Shown here one piece after another: positions 20,195-30,129 of a stretch of 64,000 nucleotides of DNA. The notes beneath the pieces are model-generated. The model saw only the letters and a program-made list of their open reading frames with translations. It made no database searches and was not told the DNA's origin. The translations under genes were made by a program, and so were the position numbers. Source of the DNA: Alphaproteobacteria bacterium (GTDB taxonomy: Bacteria > Pseudomonadota > Alphaproteobacteria > GCA-2731375); the NCBI GenBank assembly GCA_965225945.1, contig CBDDBZ010000035.1, positions 64,001 through 128,000 on the forward strand. The letters are read 5' to 3'. Each line of letters begins with the position of its first letter. Positions within the stretch are counted from its first letter, which is position 1.

Positions 20195-21127
20195 TCATCC
20201 AGCCACGCGGCCGGCGACGATCGCCGCCAGTAGCAGCCAGCCGAAGAGGGCATTGGAGCGGAACTTGGCGAGGCAATCGGCGGGATCGTCAAAGCGGACC
20301 CGCGCCGCCTGCCAGCCGAGTTGCAGGGCGGCGAGCGCCAGAGGCGGCCAGAACGGCCAGGCGAGACCGGCCGCCCCGCCGGCCCCGGCGAAACCGCCGA
20401 GCGCCAGCGCGTAGAAAATCACGAGCACCGGCCGCGTCTTCGCCCCCAGGCGACGGGCGGACGAGCGCACGCCGACCAGCGCGTCGTCCTCTTTGTCCTG
20501 GTGCGCGTAGATGGTGTCGTAGCCGAGGGTCCAGGCGATGCCGGCGAGGTAGAGCAGGATCGCCGGCAATTCAAGCGTGCCACGCGTCGCCGCCCAACCC
20601 AGAAGCGCCCCCCAATTGAAGGCGACGCCGAGGAAGAACTGCGGCCACCAGGTGATCCGTTTCATGAAGGGGTAGATCACGACGGGCCCCAGGGCGGCAA
20701 TGCCGACGAGGATGGCGAAGCCGTTGAAGCTCGCAAGGATGGCGAGGCCGACGAAGCCGAGGAGAACCATGAATGCCGCCGCGCGGCCGACGCCCACCGC
20801 GCCGGAGGGGATCGGCCGGCCGGCGGTCCGCTCCACCCTGCCGTCGACGTCGCGGTCGACGATATCGTTCCAGCAGCAGCCGGCGCCCCGCATCACCACC
20901 GCGCCGAGGGCGAAGAGGGCCATCAGCCAGCCCGAGGGCCAGCCCTCCGCCGCCAGCGCCAGGCTCCACCAACAGGGCCAGAGCAGGAGCCAGGTGCCGA
21001 TCGGCCGGTCGAGCCGGGCCAGCGAAAGATAGGGCCACCAGGGGCGCGGCGCATGGCGCACCAGCCAGTGGTCCGGGCGAATGTCGGTGAACCCGGCCGG
21101 CGCCTTGGTGTCTCCTCCGCTGGCCAT
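20195..21127 (-). CDS. ubiA: 4-hydroxybenzoate polyprenyltransferase
   Basis: RLDRPIGTWLL, MRGAGC.WND..DR..D..VERT..RP.PSG, YPFMKR, YDTIYAHQD.EDD. Confidence 0.95.
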   Translation of the reverse strand: MASGGDTKAPAGFTDIRPDHWLVRHAPRPWWPYLSLARLDRPIGTWLLLWPCWWSLALAAEGWPSGWLMALFALGAVVMRGAGCCWNDIVDRDVDGRVERTAGRPIPSGAVGVGRAAAFMVLLGFVGLAILASFNGFAILVGIAALGPVVIYPFMKRITWWPQFFLGVAFNWGALLGWAATRGTLELPAILLYLAGIAWTLGYDTIYAHQDKEDDALVGVRSSARRLGAKTRPVLVIFYALALGGFAGAGGAAGLAWPFWPPLALAALQLGWQAARVRFDDPADCLAKFRSNALFGWLLLAAIVAGRVAG

Positions 21128-21188
21128 GACCTATGCTCTTAGCGATTACCGAGGCTCGGCTCAACCGACGCGGCGGGGCGAGGGGGCA

Positions 21189-21917
21189 ATGACGGCGCGC
21201 GAGGAACCTAGGATCCGACTCCACGTCGAGGAGGTGTTCGTCGCCGGTGGCGTCGTCGAGGTCTCCGGCGGACAGGCGCACTATCTCCGCAACGTCATGC
21301 GCCGCGCGCTGGGCGACGCGGTCCTGCTGTTCAACGCCCGGGACGGCGAATGGCGGGCGGTGATCGAGACCTCGTCCAAGGCGCGGGTTCGGCTGACGCT
21401 AGGCCATCGGACGCGCCCGCCGAGGGCTGAGCCACCGCTCGGCCTCGCCTTCGCCCCGGTGAAGCGGGCGGCGGTCGAACTGATGGTCGAGAAGGCCTGC
21501 GAACTCGGGGCCACGGCCCTCCGGCCCATCGTCACCCGCCGCACGGAGGCCCGCCGGGTCAACCTGGCGCGGCTGCGCGCGATCGCCGTGGAGGCGGCGG
21601 AACAATCGGGCCGCCTCGACGTGCCGAGGCTCCACGAGCCGGTGTCGCTTTCGGCGCTGCTCGCCGGCTGGCCGGCCGGTGAACGCCTGGTCCATCTCGA
21701 CACCGACGCCGCCGCGCCGCCGCTCCTCTCGCTCGGCCCGGCACCCTCGGCGACTTTGTTGATCGGTCCCGAGGGCGGCTTCGACGATGGCGAGCGAGAA
21801 CTGTTGGCCGCATGTCCGAGCGTCGAGCGCGCCAGCCTCGGCCCGACCACGCTCAGGGCCGAAACGGCGGCGATCGCCGCGCTGGCGATTTGGCGGGCGG
21901 GGTTCGACCAAGCTTGA
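21189..21917 (+). CDS. rsmE: 16S rRNA m3U1498 methyltransferase
   Basis: HYLRNVMR, EKACELG, EAAEQ, IGPEGGF, LG...LRAETA; divergent from ubiA as typical in Alphaproteobacteria. Confidence 0.93.
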   Translation: MTAREEPRIRLHVEEVFVAGGVVEVSGGQAHYLRNVMRRALGDAVLLFNARDGEWRAVIETSSKARVRLTLGHRTRPPRAEPPLGLAFAPVKRAAVELMVEKACELGATALRPIVTRRTEARRVNLARLRAIAVEAAEQSGRLDVPRLHEPVSLSALLAGWPAGERLVHLDTDAAAPPLLSLGPAPSATLLIGPEGGFDDGERELLAACPSVERASLGPTTLRAETAAIAALAIWRAGFDQA

Positions 21918-21923
21918 AATGCT

Positions 21924-23078
21924 TTAGCCGGCTCGCCACTCCGCGCGGACGTCCCCGTCGCTCTCGCCCGCCGCGTGGCGTCGACGAAGGGTTTCGAAGC
22001 GGGCCCCGTCCAGCAGGCAGCGAAGCGCCCAGACCGCCATGGCGCGGACCAGGGCCGAGGGGTCGGCGAGCCGCGTCTCGGCGACCTCGGCCAGCGCCGG
22101 CTGGCCGCTGTTGGCGATCGCGATCAGGACGTTGCGGACGAAACGGTCGCGGCCCAGCCGCTTCACCGGGGATTTCGAAAAGAGCGCACGGAAGGCCGCG
22201 TCGTCGAGTTGGGCGAGCGCGGCCAGCCTGGGCGCGGTCAACTCGGTCCGGGGCCGGAGCCTCTGCTCGGCCGCAAGCTGAGCGAACTTGTTCCAGGGGC
22301 AGACGGCGAGGCAATCGTCGCAGCCGAAGATCCGGTTGCCGATCGGCCGGCGGAATTCCTCGGCGATCGTGCCGGCGTGCTCGATCGTGAGGTAGGAGAT
22401 GCAGCGCCGCGCGTCGAGCTGGTAGGGCGCGGGAAAGGCGCCGGTCGGACAGACGTCGAGACAGCGCCGGCAGCCGCCGCAATGGTCCGCCTCTGGCCGG
22501 TCGGGCGGCAGTTCCAAGGTGGTGAAGAGGGCGCCGAGAAAGAGCCAAGAGCCGAACTCGCGGCTCACCAGGTTGGTGTGCTTGCCGCGCCAGCCGATTC
22601 CCGCCGCCTCGGCGAGCGGCTTCTCCAGCACCGGCGCGGTGTCGCAAAAGACCTTCACACTCCCGCCGTGCGCCGCCACCAGCTCCCGGGCGAGCGCCTT
22701 CAAACGTTGCTTGACGACGTCGTGGTAGTCGCGGCCTTGGGCGTAGAGCGAGATCGCGCCCGCCTCCGGCCACTCGAGGATCTCCAAGGGATCGTCCTCG
22801 GGCCCGTAGTTCTGGCCCACCATGAGAATAGAGCGCGCCTCCGGCCAAAGCCTGGCGGGATCGGCCCGCCACTCAGGCCGGCGTGCCAGCCAGTCCATGT
22901 CGCCGTGGTGCCCGGCGTCGAGAAAGTCGCGAAACCGCGCTCCCGCCTCGCCCAGCGCCCCCGGCGCCGTGATCCCGACCGCCTCGAATCCAAGCCCGCG
23001 CGCCCGGGCCCGCAGCCACTCGCCAACCCTCCGTGCCGAAGCCGCATCGTCGTGCTCGGCGCTGGCGGTATCGATCAT
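21924..23078 (-). CDS. queG: epoxyqueuosine reductase
   Basis: [60 protein letters not shown]. Confidence 0.95.
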   Translation of the reverse strand: MIDTASAEHDDAASARRVGEWLRARARGLGFEAVGITAPGALGEAGARFRDFLDAGHHGDMDWLARRPEWRADPARLWPEARSILMVGQNYGPEDDPLEILEWPEAGAISLYAQGRDYHDVVKQRLKALARELVAAHGGSVKVFCDTAPVLEKPLAEAAGIGWRGKHTNLVSREFGSWLFLGALFTTLELPPDRPEADHCGGCRRCLDVCPTGAFPAPYQLDARRCISYLTIEHAGTIAEEFRRPIGNRIFGCDDCLAVCPWNKFAQLAAEQRLRPRTELTAPRLAALAQLDDAAFRALFSKSPVKRLGRDRFVRNVLIAIANSGQPALAEVAETRLADPSALVRAMAVWALRCLLDGARFETLRRRHAAGESDGDVRAEWRAG

Positions 23079-23082
23079 GGGT

Positions 23083-23892
23083 TCAAATACTGCTTTCCTT
23101 GGGGAAGTCGGGCTGGCGTTTCTCCAAGAAGCTGGCCAGACCCTCGCGCGGCTCCGGCCCGGTGAAGCCCAGCATTTCGAGCGCCAGCGAGGCGTCGAAG
23201 GCCGGCCCGGCCATGCGGTACCAGTTGTTGAGGGAATATTTGGTCCAGCGGATGGCACTCTGGGCGCCGTTCACCAGCTTGCCGCAGACTTCCAGCGACT
23301 TCGCCTCCAACTCGTCGTCCTCGACGCAGAGCGAGACCAGGCCGAGCCGCTCCGCCTCCTCGCCGCTCATCGGCTCGCACAGCATCAGGTAATATTTCGC
23401 CTTGGCCATGCCGCACAAGAGCGGCCAATTGATCACCGCGTGATCGCCCGCCGCGACGCCGAGGCGGGTGTGGCCGTCGACGATCTTGGCCGACTTGGCG
23501 GCGATCGAGATGTCGGCCAGGAGGGCGGCCACCAGGCCGGCGCCGACGGCGACGCCGTTGATCGCCGAGACCGTGGGCTTGCCGCAGTTGATGATGTTGT
23601 AAACCAGGTCGCGCGCCTCCTTCCAGGCGCGGATCAGGGCCTCGTGGCTGTCCATGTTCTCCTGGATCATGCCAAAATCGCCGCCTGAGGAGAAGGCCCG
23701 GCCCTTGGCGCGGAGGAGGGCGACGGAAATATCCTCGTCCTCGTCGATGTCGCGCCAGATGTAGGCCATCTCGCGATGCCCGTCCTTGTCGAGCGAGTTG
23801 TAGGTCTCCGGCTTGTTCAAGGTGATGCGCAGCACGCGATCCATCGGATAGTCGATCTCGAAGCTCTGGTATTTGGCGTAGCGGTCGCTCAT
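23083..23892 (-). CDS. enoyl-CoA hydratase/isomerase family protein
   Basis: [47 protein letters not shown]. Confidence 0.9.
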   Translation of the reverse strand: MSDRYAKYQSFEIDYPMDRVLRITLNKPETYNSLDKDGHREMAYIWRDIDEDEDISVALLRAKGRAFSSGGDFGMIQENMDSHEALIRAWKEARDLVYNIINCGKPTVSAINGVAVGAGLVAALLADISIAAKSAKIVDGHTRLGVAAGDHAVINWPLLCGMAKAKYYLMLCEPMSGEEAERLGLVSLCVEDDELEAKSLEVCGKLVNGAQSAIRWTKYSLNNWYRMAGPAFDASLALEMLGFTGPEPREGLASFLEKRQPDFPKESSI

Positions 23893-24000
23893 CGGTGGCC
23901 TCCCTCGCTCGGCGGTTCAACGCGTTTCGCGCGAGTTGTCGGCCAGCGCGGGAATGGAGTCAAATGGCCCGAGGGGTGGTGTAGCGCCGCAGCCCAAGCG

Positions 24001-24480
24001 TCAATCGAGGTAGCGGTCGAAGCGGACGCTGTCGTTCAGAATGTAACCCCTACCCTGGGCGTCGGTGCACCAGGTTCCGCGCATCAGGATGCTACGGCCG
24101 TCGGCGGTGGGGCGGGACCCGGTCGTCGGCCGGCAATTGGAGAGGCCGGCGGGCGGCGTCGGCACCCGGCTCGCGCGGGCGGGTGCCGGCCGGTCGTCGT
24201 CGCGCGGGTAGGGCCGGGTCAGCAAATAGGCGATCGCCAAGCTGCCCAGGATCACCCCGGCCACGGCATAGCCATGGCCGTGGTGACCATGACCGTGGCG
24301 GCGTCGATGGGGGCGGCGAAAGCGATTATGTCCACCGCGATGATTGTATTGGCCGTAGTGCCCCTTGACGAAGATGGCGCCGTGGCTGGTGTGGCCCCGA
24401 TGGCCCGCCGAGGCCGGCGTGGCGGCGGCGAGTGCCAAGCCCAACAACAGGGCGGCGACGGTCGGCAGGGCGAGGCGCAT
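24001..24480 (-). CDS. small exported/surface protein with His/Gly-rich segment
   Basis: Sec signal (MRLALP...ASA), GHRGH...HGHGHHGHG, hydrophobic GVILG segment, C-terminal CR...GTWC.D..G reminiscent of 17-kDa surface antigens; GGAG RBS. Confidence 0.6.
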   Translation of the reverse strand: MRLALPTVAALLLGLALAAATPASAGHRGHTSHGAIFVKGHYGQYNHRGGHNRFRRPHRRRHGHGHHGHGYAVAGVILGSLAIAYLLTRPYPRDDDRPAPARASRVPTPPAGLSNCRPTTGSRPTADGRSILMRGTWCTDAQGRGYILNDSVRFDRYLD

Positions 24481-24505
24481 GACGAAGTCTCCTTCGCCCA
24501 CACTC

Positions 24506-25646
24506 TAGTGTTCCGATCCTAACAAAAGTTTCCCAAAGGGCTTGCGTTCTGCGATTCTGGGGGAATGACGAAGACATTGGCATGCATCTGGCTGTCTCCC
24601 GCGGAGCGGGCGACGCTGGAAGGGTTGGTTTCTGGGCGGAACACGCCGCAGAAGCTGGTTTGGCGGGCACGGATCGTGTTGCTGTCGGCTGACGGGATCG
24701 GCACGATGACGATCGTCCGGTTGGTCGGCAAAAGTAAGGTGACGGTGTGGCGCTGGCAGGAGCGCTACCTTGCCAAAGGCATCGCCGGACTGCGCCGCGA
24801 TGCGACGCGACCGGGACGCAAGCCGCCGCTGAGCGCCGAGGTGATCGAGCGGGTTGTGCATAAGACCTTGCACGAGACGCCGGAGGCGGCGACGCATTGG
24901 AGCATCCGCAAGATGGCCCGTGCCGTCGGCCTCAGCTACACCAGCGTGCAGCGGATCTGGAAGGCGCACGGCCTCAAGCCGCACCTGGTGAAGACCTTCA
25001 AGCTGTCGAATGACGAGCACTTCGTCGAGAAGGTGCGCGATATCGTCGGTCTCTATCTCGATCCGCCGGACAAGGCGCTGGTTCTCTCGGTCGACGAGAA
25101 GAGCCAGATCCAGGCGCTCGACCGCACACAGCCCGGCTTGCCGATCAAGAAGGGCCGAGCCGGCACCATGACGCATGACTACAAGCGCCACGGCACGACG
25201 ACATTGTTCGCCGCGCTCGACGTCGCCACCGGCAAGGTCATCGGCCACTGCATGAAGCGGCACCGCCATCAGGAATGGCTGAAATTCCTGCGCCGTATCG
25301 ACGCCGAGACGCCCAAGAAGCTCGACCTGCATCTGATCGCCGACAACTACGCCACCCACAAGCATCCCAAGGTCAAGGCGTGGTTGGCAAAACATCCTCG
25401 CTTCCATATGCACTTCACTCCGACATCCGCCTCCTGGCTCAGCCAGGTCGAACGCTTCTTCGGCCTGATCACCAGCGATCAAATCCGTTGCGGCGTGTTC
25501 AAGAGCGTCGCCGAACTCGAAACAGCCATTCAGAAATACCTCGAGCACCACAATGCCGATCCAAAACCCTTCGTATGGACCGCTTCCGCCACCGCCATAC
25601 TCGAAAAAGTCGCTCGTGGGCGACAGGCGTTAGAGTCGGTACACTA
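24506..25646 (+). mobile_element. IS630-family insertion sequence, copy 1
   Basis: TIRs TAGTGTTCCGATCCTAAC / GTTAGAGTCGGTACACTA, both ends within CTAG (TA target). Confidence 0.93.
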
Positions 25647-25647
25647 G
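24565..25647 (+). CDS. IS630 transposase
   Basis: HTH N-terminus (WS.RKMA), DDE triad VDEK / ADNYATHK / SW.SQVERFF; KPFVW. Confidence 0.96.
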   Translation: MTKTLACIWLSPAERATLEGLVSGRNTPQKLVWRARIVLLSADGIGTMTIVRLVGKSKVTVWRWQERYLAKGIAGLRRDATRPGRKPPLSAEVIERVVHKTLHETPEAATHWSIRKMARAVGLSYTSVQRIWKAHGLKPHLVKTFKLSNDEHFVEKVRDIVGLYLDPPDKALVLSVDEKSQIQALDRTQPGLPIKKGRAGTMTHDYKRHGTTTLFAALDVATGKVIGHCMKRHRHQEWLKFLRRIDAETPKKLDLHLIADNYATHKHPKVKAWLAKHPRFHMHFTPTSASWLSQVERFFGLITSDQIRCGVFKSVAELETAIQKYLEHHNADPKPFVWTASATAILEKVARGRQALESVH

Positions 25648-25820
25648 CGCAAAACACCCCCCGGTGCCAAAGCCGCGACAGCCAATGATGGCAATTGCCC
25701 ATTGACGGTGGCGCCGGTGCCGATTACCTTAAAGCTAATGCTGCTCGCCGTCCTCTTTCCTACTCCCTCGGGAGAGGAAGGAGCACTGGCGAGCTTTATA
25801 TTTTGGCGATAGGTGGCGAC

Positions 25821-26453
25821 ATGGCATCCGAGCGTGTCGCGTTGTTTAGGGGCGGTTTCGCGCGGTAGACCAGTGACCACCAAAATGTCTACAAGGGTGC
25901 CCGCGAGACGTTTCTCGGCAGGAGGCCACCGCACTTCACGTTTGGGCAGTTTGATCCGCTCTCCATGGGGGAGTTCATCTGCGGCCGTCCGCCACCCGGG
26001 GTCACTCGCCACCTAGACCGGGTGCGTGTGTACACAGGGCAACCTGACAGCACAAAGCAGCCGAAAGGCTACGGCGCCAGTCGCAAGCAGTACCAGTTTT
26101 GGCGAAGGCGCGGCGTGGAGGTGGTTTCTCGACCGCTACGATACCCGCGTGACTTCCCCGCCGAACGGCCACATGAGAAGGGCGTCGATGTAGCCCTAGC
26201 CATCGATTTCATCCGTCTCGCGATAGAAGGCGCCTACGATGTAGGTTTCATTGCCTCGACGGATACCGATCTTATTCCGGCCATCGATTTCGTGATCGAG
26301 CGCTACCAAGGCGCCCCGAAAGTGGAGGTGACCGCTTGGACCGGGGCAGGAAGGCGACCACGCCTCAGTTCGGCCATTCGGCCGATCTGGTGTCACTGGC
26401 TCAATCGGGACGACTACGACGCAATCCATGATTTCACGGATTACACGCTGTAG
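25821..26453 (+). pseudogene. NYN (LabA/DUF88, PIN-like) domain nuclease with in-frame TAG in its N-terminus
   Basis: MASERVALF...DHQNVY, V.VY.G, EKGVDVALAID, STDTDLIPA motifs; stop at 25866; intact ORF only from 25965. Confidence 0.8.
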
Positions 26454-26638
26454 GTTCGATTGCTCTCAGTGGCGCGGCGCGATCGCGATGGCATCACGTG
26501 ATACCAGACCCGGGTGGGTTCGGTCGTGGCTAGATTGCCATGGGCGACGTGGCCCGAGTGTCGTCAGCGGACCCTGTCCAATGGAGTCGGCAACCGACCG
26601 GCCGTCGCTCCGCCCCACTCGAGACACCTCGCTTGGAC

Positions 26639-27721
26639 CTAGTGTACCGACTCTAACGCCTGTCGCCCACGAGCGACTTTTTCGAGTATGGCGGTGGCGG
26701 AAGCGGTCCATACGAAGGGTTTTGGATCGGCATTGTGGTGCTCGAGGTATTCCTGAATGGCTGTTTCGAGTTCGGCGACGCTCTTGAACACGCCGCAACG
26801 GATTTGATCGCTGGTGATCAGGCCGAAGAAGCGTTCGACCTGGCTGAGCCAGGAGGCGGATGTCGGAGTGAAGTGCATATGGAAGCGAGGATGTTTTGCC
26901 AACCACGCCTTGACCTTGGGATGCTTGTGGGTGGCGTAGTTGTCGGCGATCAGATGCAGGTCGAGCTTCTTGGGCGTCTCGGCGTCGATACGGCGCAGGA
27001 ATTTCAGCCATTCCTGATGGCGGTGCCGCTTCATGCAGTGGCCGATGACCTTGCCGGTGGCGACGTCGAGCGCGGCGAACAATGTCGTCGTGCCGTGGCG
27101 CTTGTAGTCATGCGTCATGGTGCCGGCTCGGCCCTTCTTGATCGGCAAGCCGGGCTGTGTGCGGTCGAGCGCCTGGATCTGGCTCTTCTCGTCGACCGAG
27201 AGAACCAGCGCCTTGTCCGGCGGATCGAGATAGAGACCGACGATATCGCGCACCTTCTCGACGAAGTGCTCGTCATTCGACAGCTTGAAGGTCTTCACCA
27301 GGTGCGGCTTGAGGCCGTGCGCCTTCCAGATCCGCTGCACGCTGGTGTAGCTGAGGCCGACGGCACGGGCCATCTTGCGGATGCTCCAATGCGTCGCCGC
27401 CTCCGGCGTCTCGTGCAAGGTCTTATGCACAACCCGCTCGATCACCTCGGCGCTCAGCGGCGGCTTGCGTCCCGGTCGCGTCGCATCGCGGCGCAGTCCG
27501 GCGATGCCTTTGGCAAGGTAGCGCTCCTGCCAGCGCCACACCGTCACCTTACTTTTGCCGACCAACCGGACGATCGTCATCGTGCCAATCCCGTCAGCCG
27601 ACAGCAACACTATCCGTGCCCGCCAAACCAGCTTCTGCGGCGTGTTCCGCCCAGAAACCAACCCTTCCAGCGTCGCCCGCTCCGCGGGAGACAGCCAGAT
27701 GCATGCCAATGTCTTCGTCAT
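26639..27721 (-). CDS. IS630 transposase
   Basis: same 360-aa protein as copy 1 except AIQKYL vs AIQEYL. Confidence 0.96.
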   Translation of the reverse strand: MTKTLACIWLSPAERATLEGLVSGRNTPQKLVWRARIVLLSADGIGTMTIVRLVGKSKVTVWRWQERYLAKGIAGLRRDATRPGRKPPLSAEVIERVVHKTLHETPEAATHWSIRKMARAVGLSYTSVQRIWKAHGLKPHLVKTFKLSNDEHFVEKVRDIVGLYLDPPDKALVLSVDEKSQIQALDRTQPGLPIKKGRAGTMTHDYKRHGTTTLFAALDVATGKVIGHCMKRHRHQEWLKFLRRIDAETPKKLDLHLIADNYATHKHPKVKAWLAKHPRFHMHFTPTSASWLSQVERFFGLITSDQIRCGVFKSVAELETAIQEYLEHHNADPKPFVWTASATAILEKVARGRQALESVH

Positions 27722-27780
27722 TCCCCCAGAATCGCAGAACGCAAGCCCTTTGGGAAACTTTTGTTAGGATCGAAACACTA
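26640..27780 (-). mobile_element. IS630-family insertion sequence, copy 2 (inverted)
   Basis: near-identical reverse complement of copy 1, CTAG at both ends. Confidence 0.93.
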
Positions 27781-27922
27781 GGACAGCGTCGACAGCCAAG
27801 CAATTGTTTCGTGAGGCGCGGCGCGCCGTGGCAAGCCAGGGTGGCGCGCCCCGCGTGTCGACGTCGCTTGGATGGCCGCGATTCACTCCGCTCGCTCGCG
27901 ACAACGGTGCCCTCGGCCTCCC

Positions 27923-28810
27923 TCAAGCCGCGTTGCGCTTGCGGCGGACGACGGAATCATAGTCCTCCATCATCGCCTTGCAGACCTCGCCGACGGTGAA
28001 GGCTCGACCGTCGATCTCGCCCACCGGCGTCACTTCGGCGGCGGTGCCGGTGACGAAGACCTCCTCCGCGTCGGCCAACTCCTCCGGCATGATCACCCGC
28101 TCGATCACCTTGATGCCGCGCGCCTCGGCCAGGGCGATCACGGTGCGCCGGGTGATCCCGTCGAGGAAGCAGTCGGGCGTCGGCGTGTGCAGGGTGTCGC
28201 CGATCTTGAGGAAGATGTTGGCCCCGGTGGTCTCGGCGATCCGGCCACGCCAGTCCAGCATCAGCGCGTCGTCGTAGCCCTCCGCCTCCGCCGCGTGCTT
28301 GGAAAGGGTGCAGATCATGTAGAGCCCCACCGCCTTCGAGTTCACCGGCGCGGTCTCCGGCGAGGGGCGCCGCCAGCTCGAGGTCTTGAGGCGGATGCCC
28401 GCGAGGCGCGCCTCCATCGAGAAATAGGAGGGCCATTCCCAGACCGCGATCGAAAGATTGATCCGGTTGGTCTGGGCGGAGACGCCCATCATCTCCGAGC
28501 CGCGCCAGGCGATCGGCCGGACGTAGCCGTCGACGATACCGTTGACCCGCACCACCTCGCGGCAGGCGGCGTCGATCTCGGCGACCGAATAGGGGATCTC
28601 GAAATCCATGATCCCGGCCGACCGGCACAACCGCTCGGTATGCTGGTTCAGCTCGAAGATCTCGCCGTCGTAGACCCGCTCGCCCTCGAAGACGGCGCTG
28701 GCATAGTGCAGGCCGTGCGTCAGGACGTGCACCTTGGCCTCCTTCCACGGCTGCATCTCGCCGTTCATCCAGATGAGGCCGTCCAGATCGTCGTAGGACA
28801 TCGTTGCCAT
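27923..28810 (-). CDS. ilvE: branched-chain amino acid aminotransferase
   Basis: HGLHYAS.VFEG.R.Y, GYVRP, K..GLY, E.TGANIF, L.GITR, GTAAEVTPV. Confidence 0.95.
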   Translation of the reverse strand: MATMSYDDLDGLIWMNGEMQPWKEAKVHVLTHGLHYASAVFEGERVYDGEIFELNQHTERLCRSAGIMDFEIPYSVAEIDAACREVVRVNGIVDGYVRPIAWRGSEMMGVSAQTNRINLSIAVWEWPSYFSMEARLAGIRLKTSSWRRPSPETAPVNSKAVGLYMICTLSKHAAEAEGYDDALMLDWRGRIAETTGANIFLKIGDTLHTPTPDCFLDGITRRTVIALAEARGIKVIERVIMPEELADAEEVFVTGTAAEVTPVGEIDGRAFTVGEVCKAMMEDYDSVVRRKRNAA

Positions 28811-28876
28811 GATCGTGCGCCTTTTGTTCGAAAGTGTCGCGAAACGAGAGCAGATGGTAACAATCGACCCAATTAT

Positions 28877-28891
28877 GTCAATAGTACTGAC
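28877..28891. promoter_or_regulatory. palindromic operator GTCA-N7-TGAC between ilvE and the MarR gene
   Basis: GTCAATAGTACTGAC in the AT-rich divergent promoter; probable MarR autoregulatory site. Confidence 0.45.
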
Positions 28892-28956
28892 CCAAAAATC
28901 TTATGGCCACGCAACAAACGGCAGCAACGCTGACGCATATGCGCTAGGATGACCCC

Positions 28957-29448
28957 ATGCTGGAGACCCCCGGATCGAACCCGCTGTTCTTACGCGAGGA
29001 GGAGTTGCGCAAGGGCATCGAGCTGTTGTTCTTCGCCTACCGCGACTTCACCAGCGATCCCGACGACATCCTCGAGGAATTTCGCTTCGGCCGCGCGCAC
29101 CATCGGGTGATCCACTTCATCGCCCGCAATCCCGCGATCTCGGTCTCGGAGCTGCTGGGCATCCTCCGGATCACCAAGCAGAGCCTGAGCCGAGTCCTGA
29201 GCCAGCTCGTGGCGCAAGGCTTCGTTCGCCAGGAACAGGGCGTGGCGGACCGCCGCCGACGCCTCCTCCACCTGACGGAGAAGGGCATCGAGCTGGAGCG
29301 CCGCCTCTCCCGTCCCCAGCGCGCCCGGGTGGCGCGGGCCTACCGGGAGGCGGGGGCAGACGCCGTCGCCGGCTATTGCAAGGTGCTGATGGGGCTGATC
29401 GACGAGGTCGAACGGGCCAGGGTCGTGAGAGCGCTGGAGCAGCCTTAA
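28957..29448 (+). CDS. MarR-family regulator (PetP-like)
   Basis: LFL.EEELR.GIELLFFAYRDFT, GRAHHR, ITKQSL.RVL, DRR.R.L.LT. Confidence 0.9.
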   Translation: MLETPGSNPLFLREEELRKGIELLFFAYRDFTSDPDDILEEFRFGRAHHRVIHFIARNPAISVSELLGILRITKQSLSRVLSQLVAQGFVRQEQGVADRRRRLLHLTEKGIELERRLSRPQRARVARAYREAGADAVAGYCKVLMGLIDEVERARVVRALEQP

Positions 29449-29451
29449 AGC

Positions 29452-30129
29452 ATGATCGAGCGTGGCGCCCATATCCTGGTCGTCGACGACGACATTCGAC
29501 TGCGCGAGCTCTTGCAGCGCTATCTGCTCGAGAACGGCTATCGCGTCAGCACCGCGCGGGACGCGGCCGACGCCCGCGAGCAGCTCGACGGCATCCGCTT
29601 CGACCTCGTCGTGCTCGACGTGATGATGCCGGGCGAGGATGGCATGTCGCTGGCCCGCGCGATCTGGGGCGCCGGAGGGACGCCGATCCTGATGCTGACG
29701 GCGATGGGCGAGGCCGAGAATCGCATCGCCGGCCTGGAATCGGGCGTCGACGACTATCTGACCAAGCCGTTCGAGCCGCGCGAACTGGTGCTTCGGATCG
29801 AGGCCATCCTCAGGCGGGCAGGCGATGGCGCCCCGGCGGAGCGGGTCCGCCTCGGCACTTGCGTCTTCGATATCGCCCGGGGCGAGTTGAAGCGAGCGGG
29901 CGAGCCGGTGCGTCTGACCTCCTCGGAGGTGGCACTCTTGAAGGTTTTCGCCCGCAATCCCGGCGGCACCATCACCCGGGAGGAACTGCTGCGACGCGCC
30001 GGCGAGGGCAATCCGCGTAACGTCGACGTGCAGATCACCCGACTTCGACGTAAGATCGAGGACGACCCGCGCGCGCCGCGCTATTTGCAGACCGTCTGGG
30101 GGCAGGGATACGTCCTATGGCCGGATTGA
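29452..30129 (+). CDS. OmpR/PetR-family response regulator
   Basis: VVDDD, LDVMMPG, MLTA, DDYLTKPF, VDVQITRLR.KIE..P. Confidence 0.93.
   Translation: MIERGAHILVVDDDIRLRELLQRYLLENGYRVSTARDAADAREQLDGIRFDLVVLDVMMPGEDGMSLARAIWGAGGTPILMLTAMGEAENRIAGLESGVDDYLTKPFEPRELVLRIEAILRRAGDGAPAERVRLGTCVFDIARGELKRAGEPVRLTSSEVALLKVFARNPGGTITREELLRRAGEGNPRNVDVQITRLRRKIEDDPRAPRYLQTVWGQGYVLWPD

Noticed and set aside
24505-25551. 348-aa antisense ORF conserved in both IS630 copies
   Set aside because: Conservation only reflects the duplicated element; no motif or independent evidence
25866-25868. Pyrrolysine or programmed readthrough of the TAG in the NYN gene
   Set aside because: The TAG lies in extra sequence that splits a conserved motif; no pyl genes are visible
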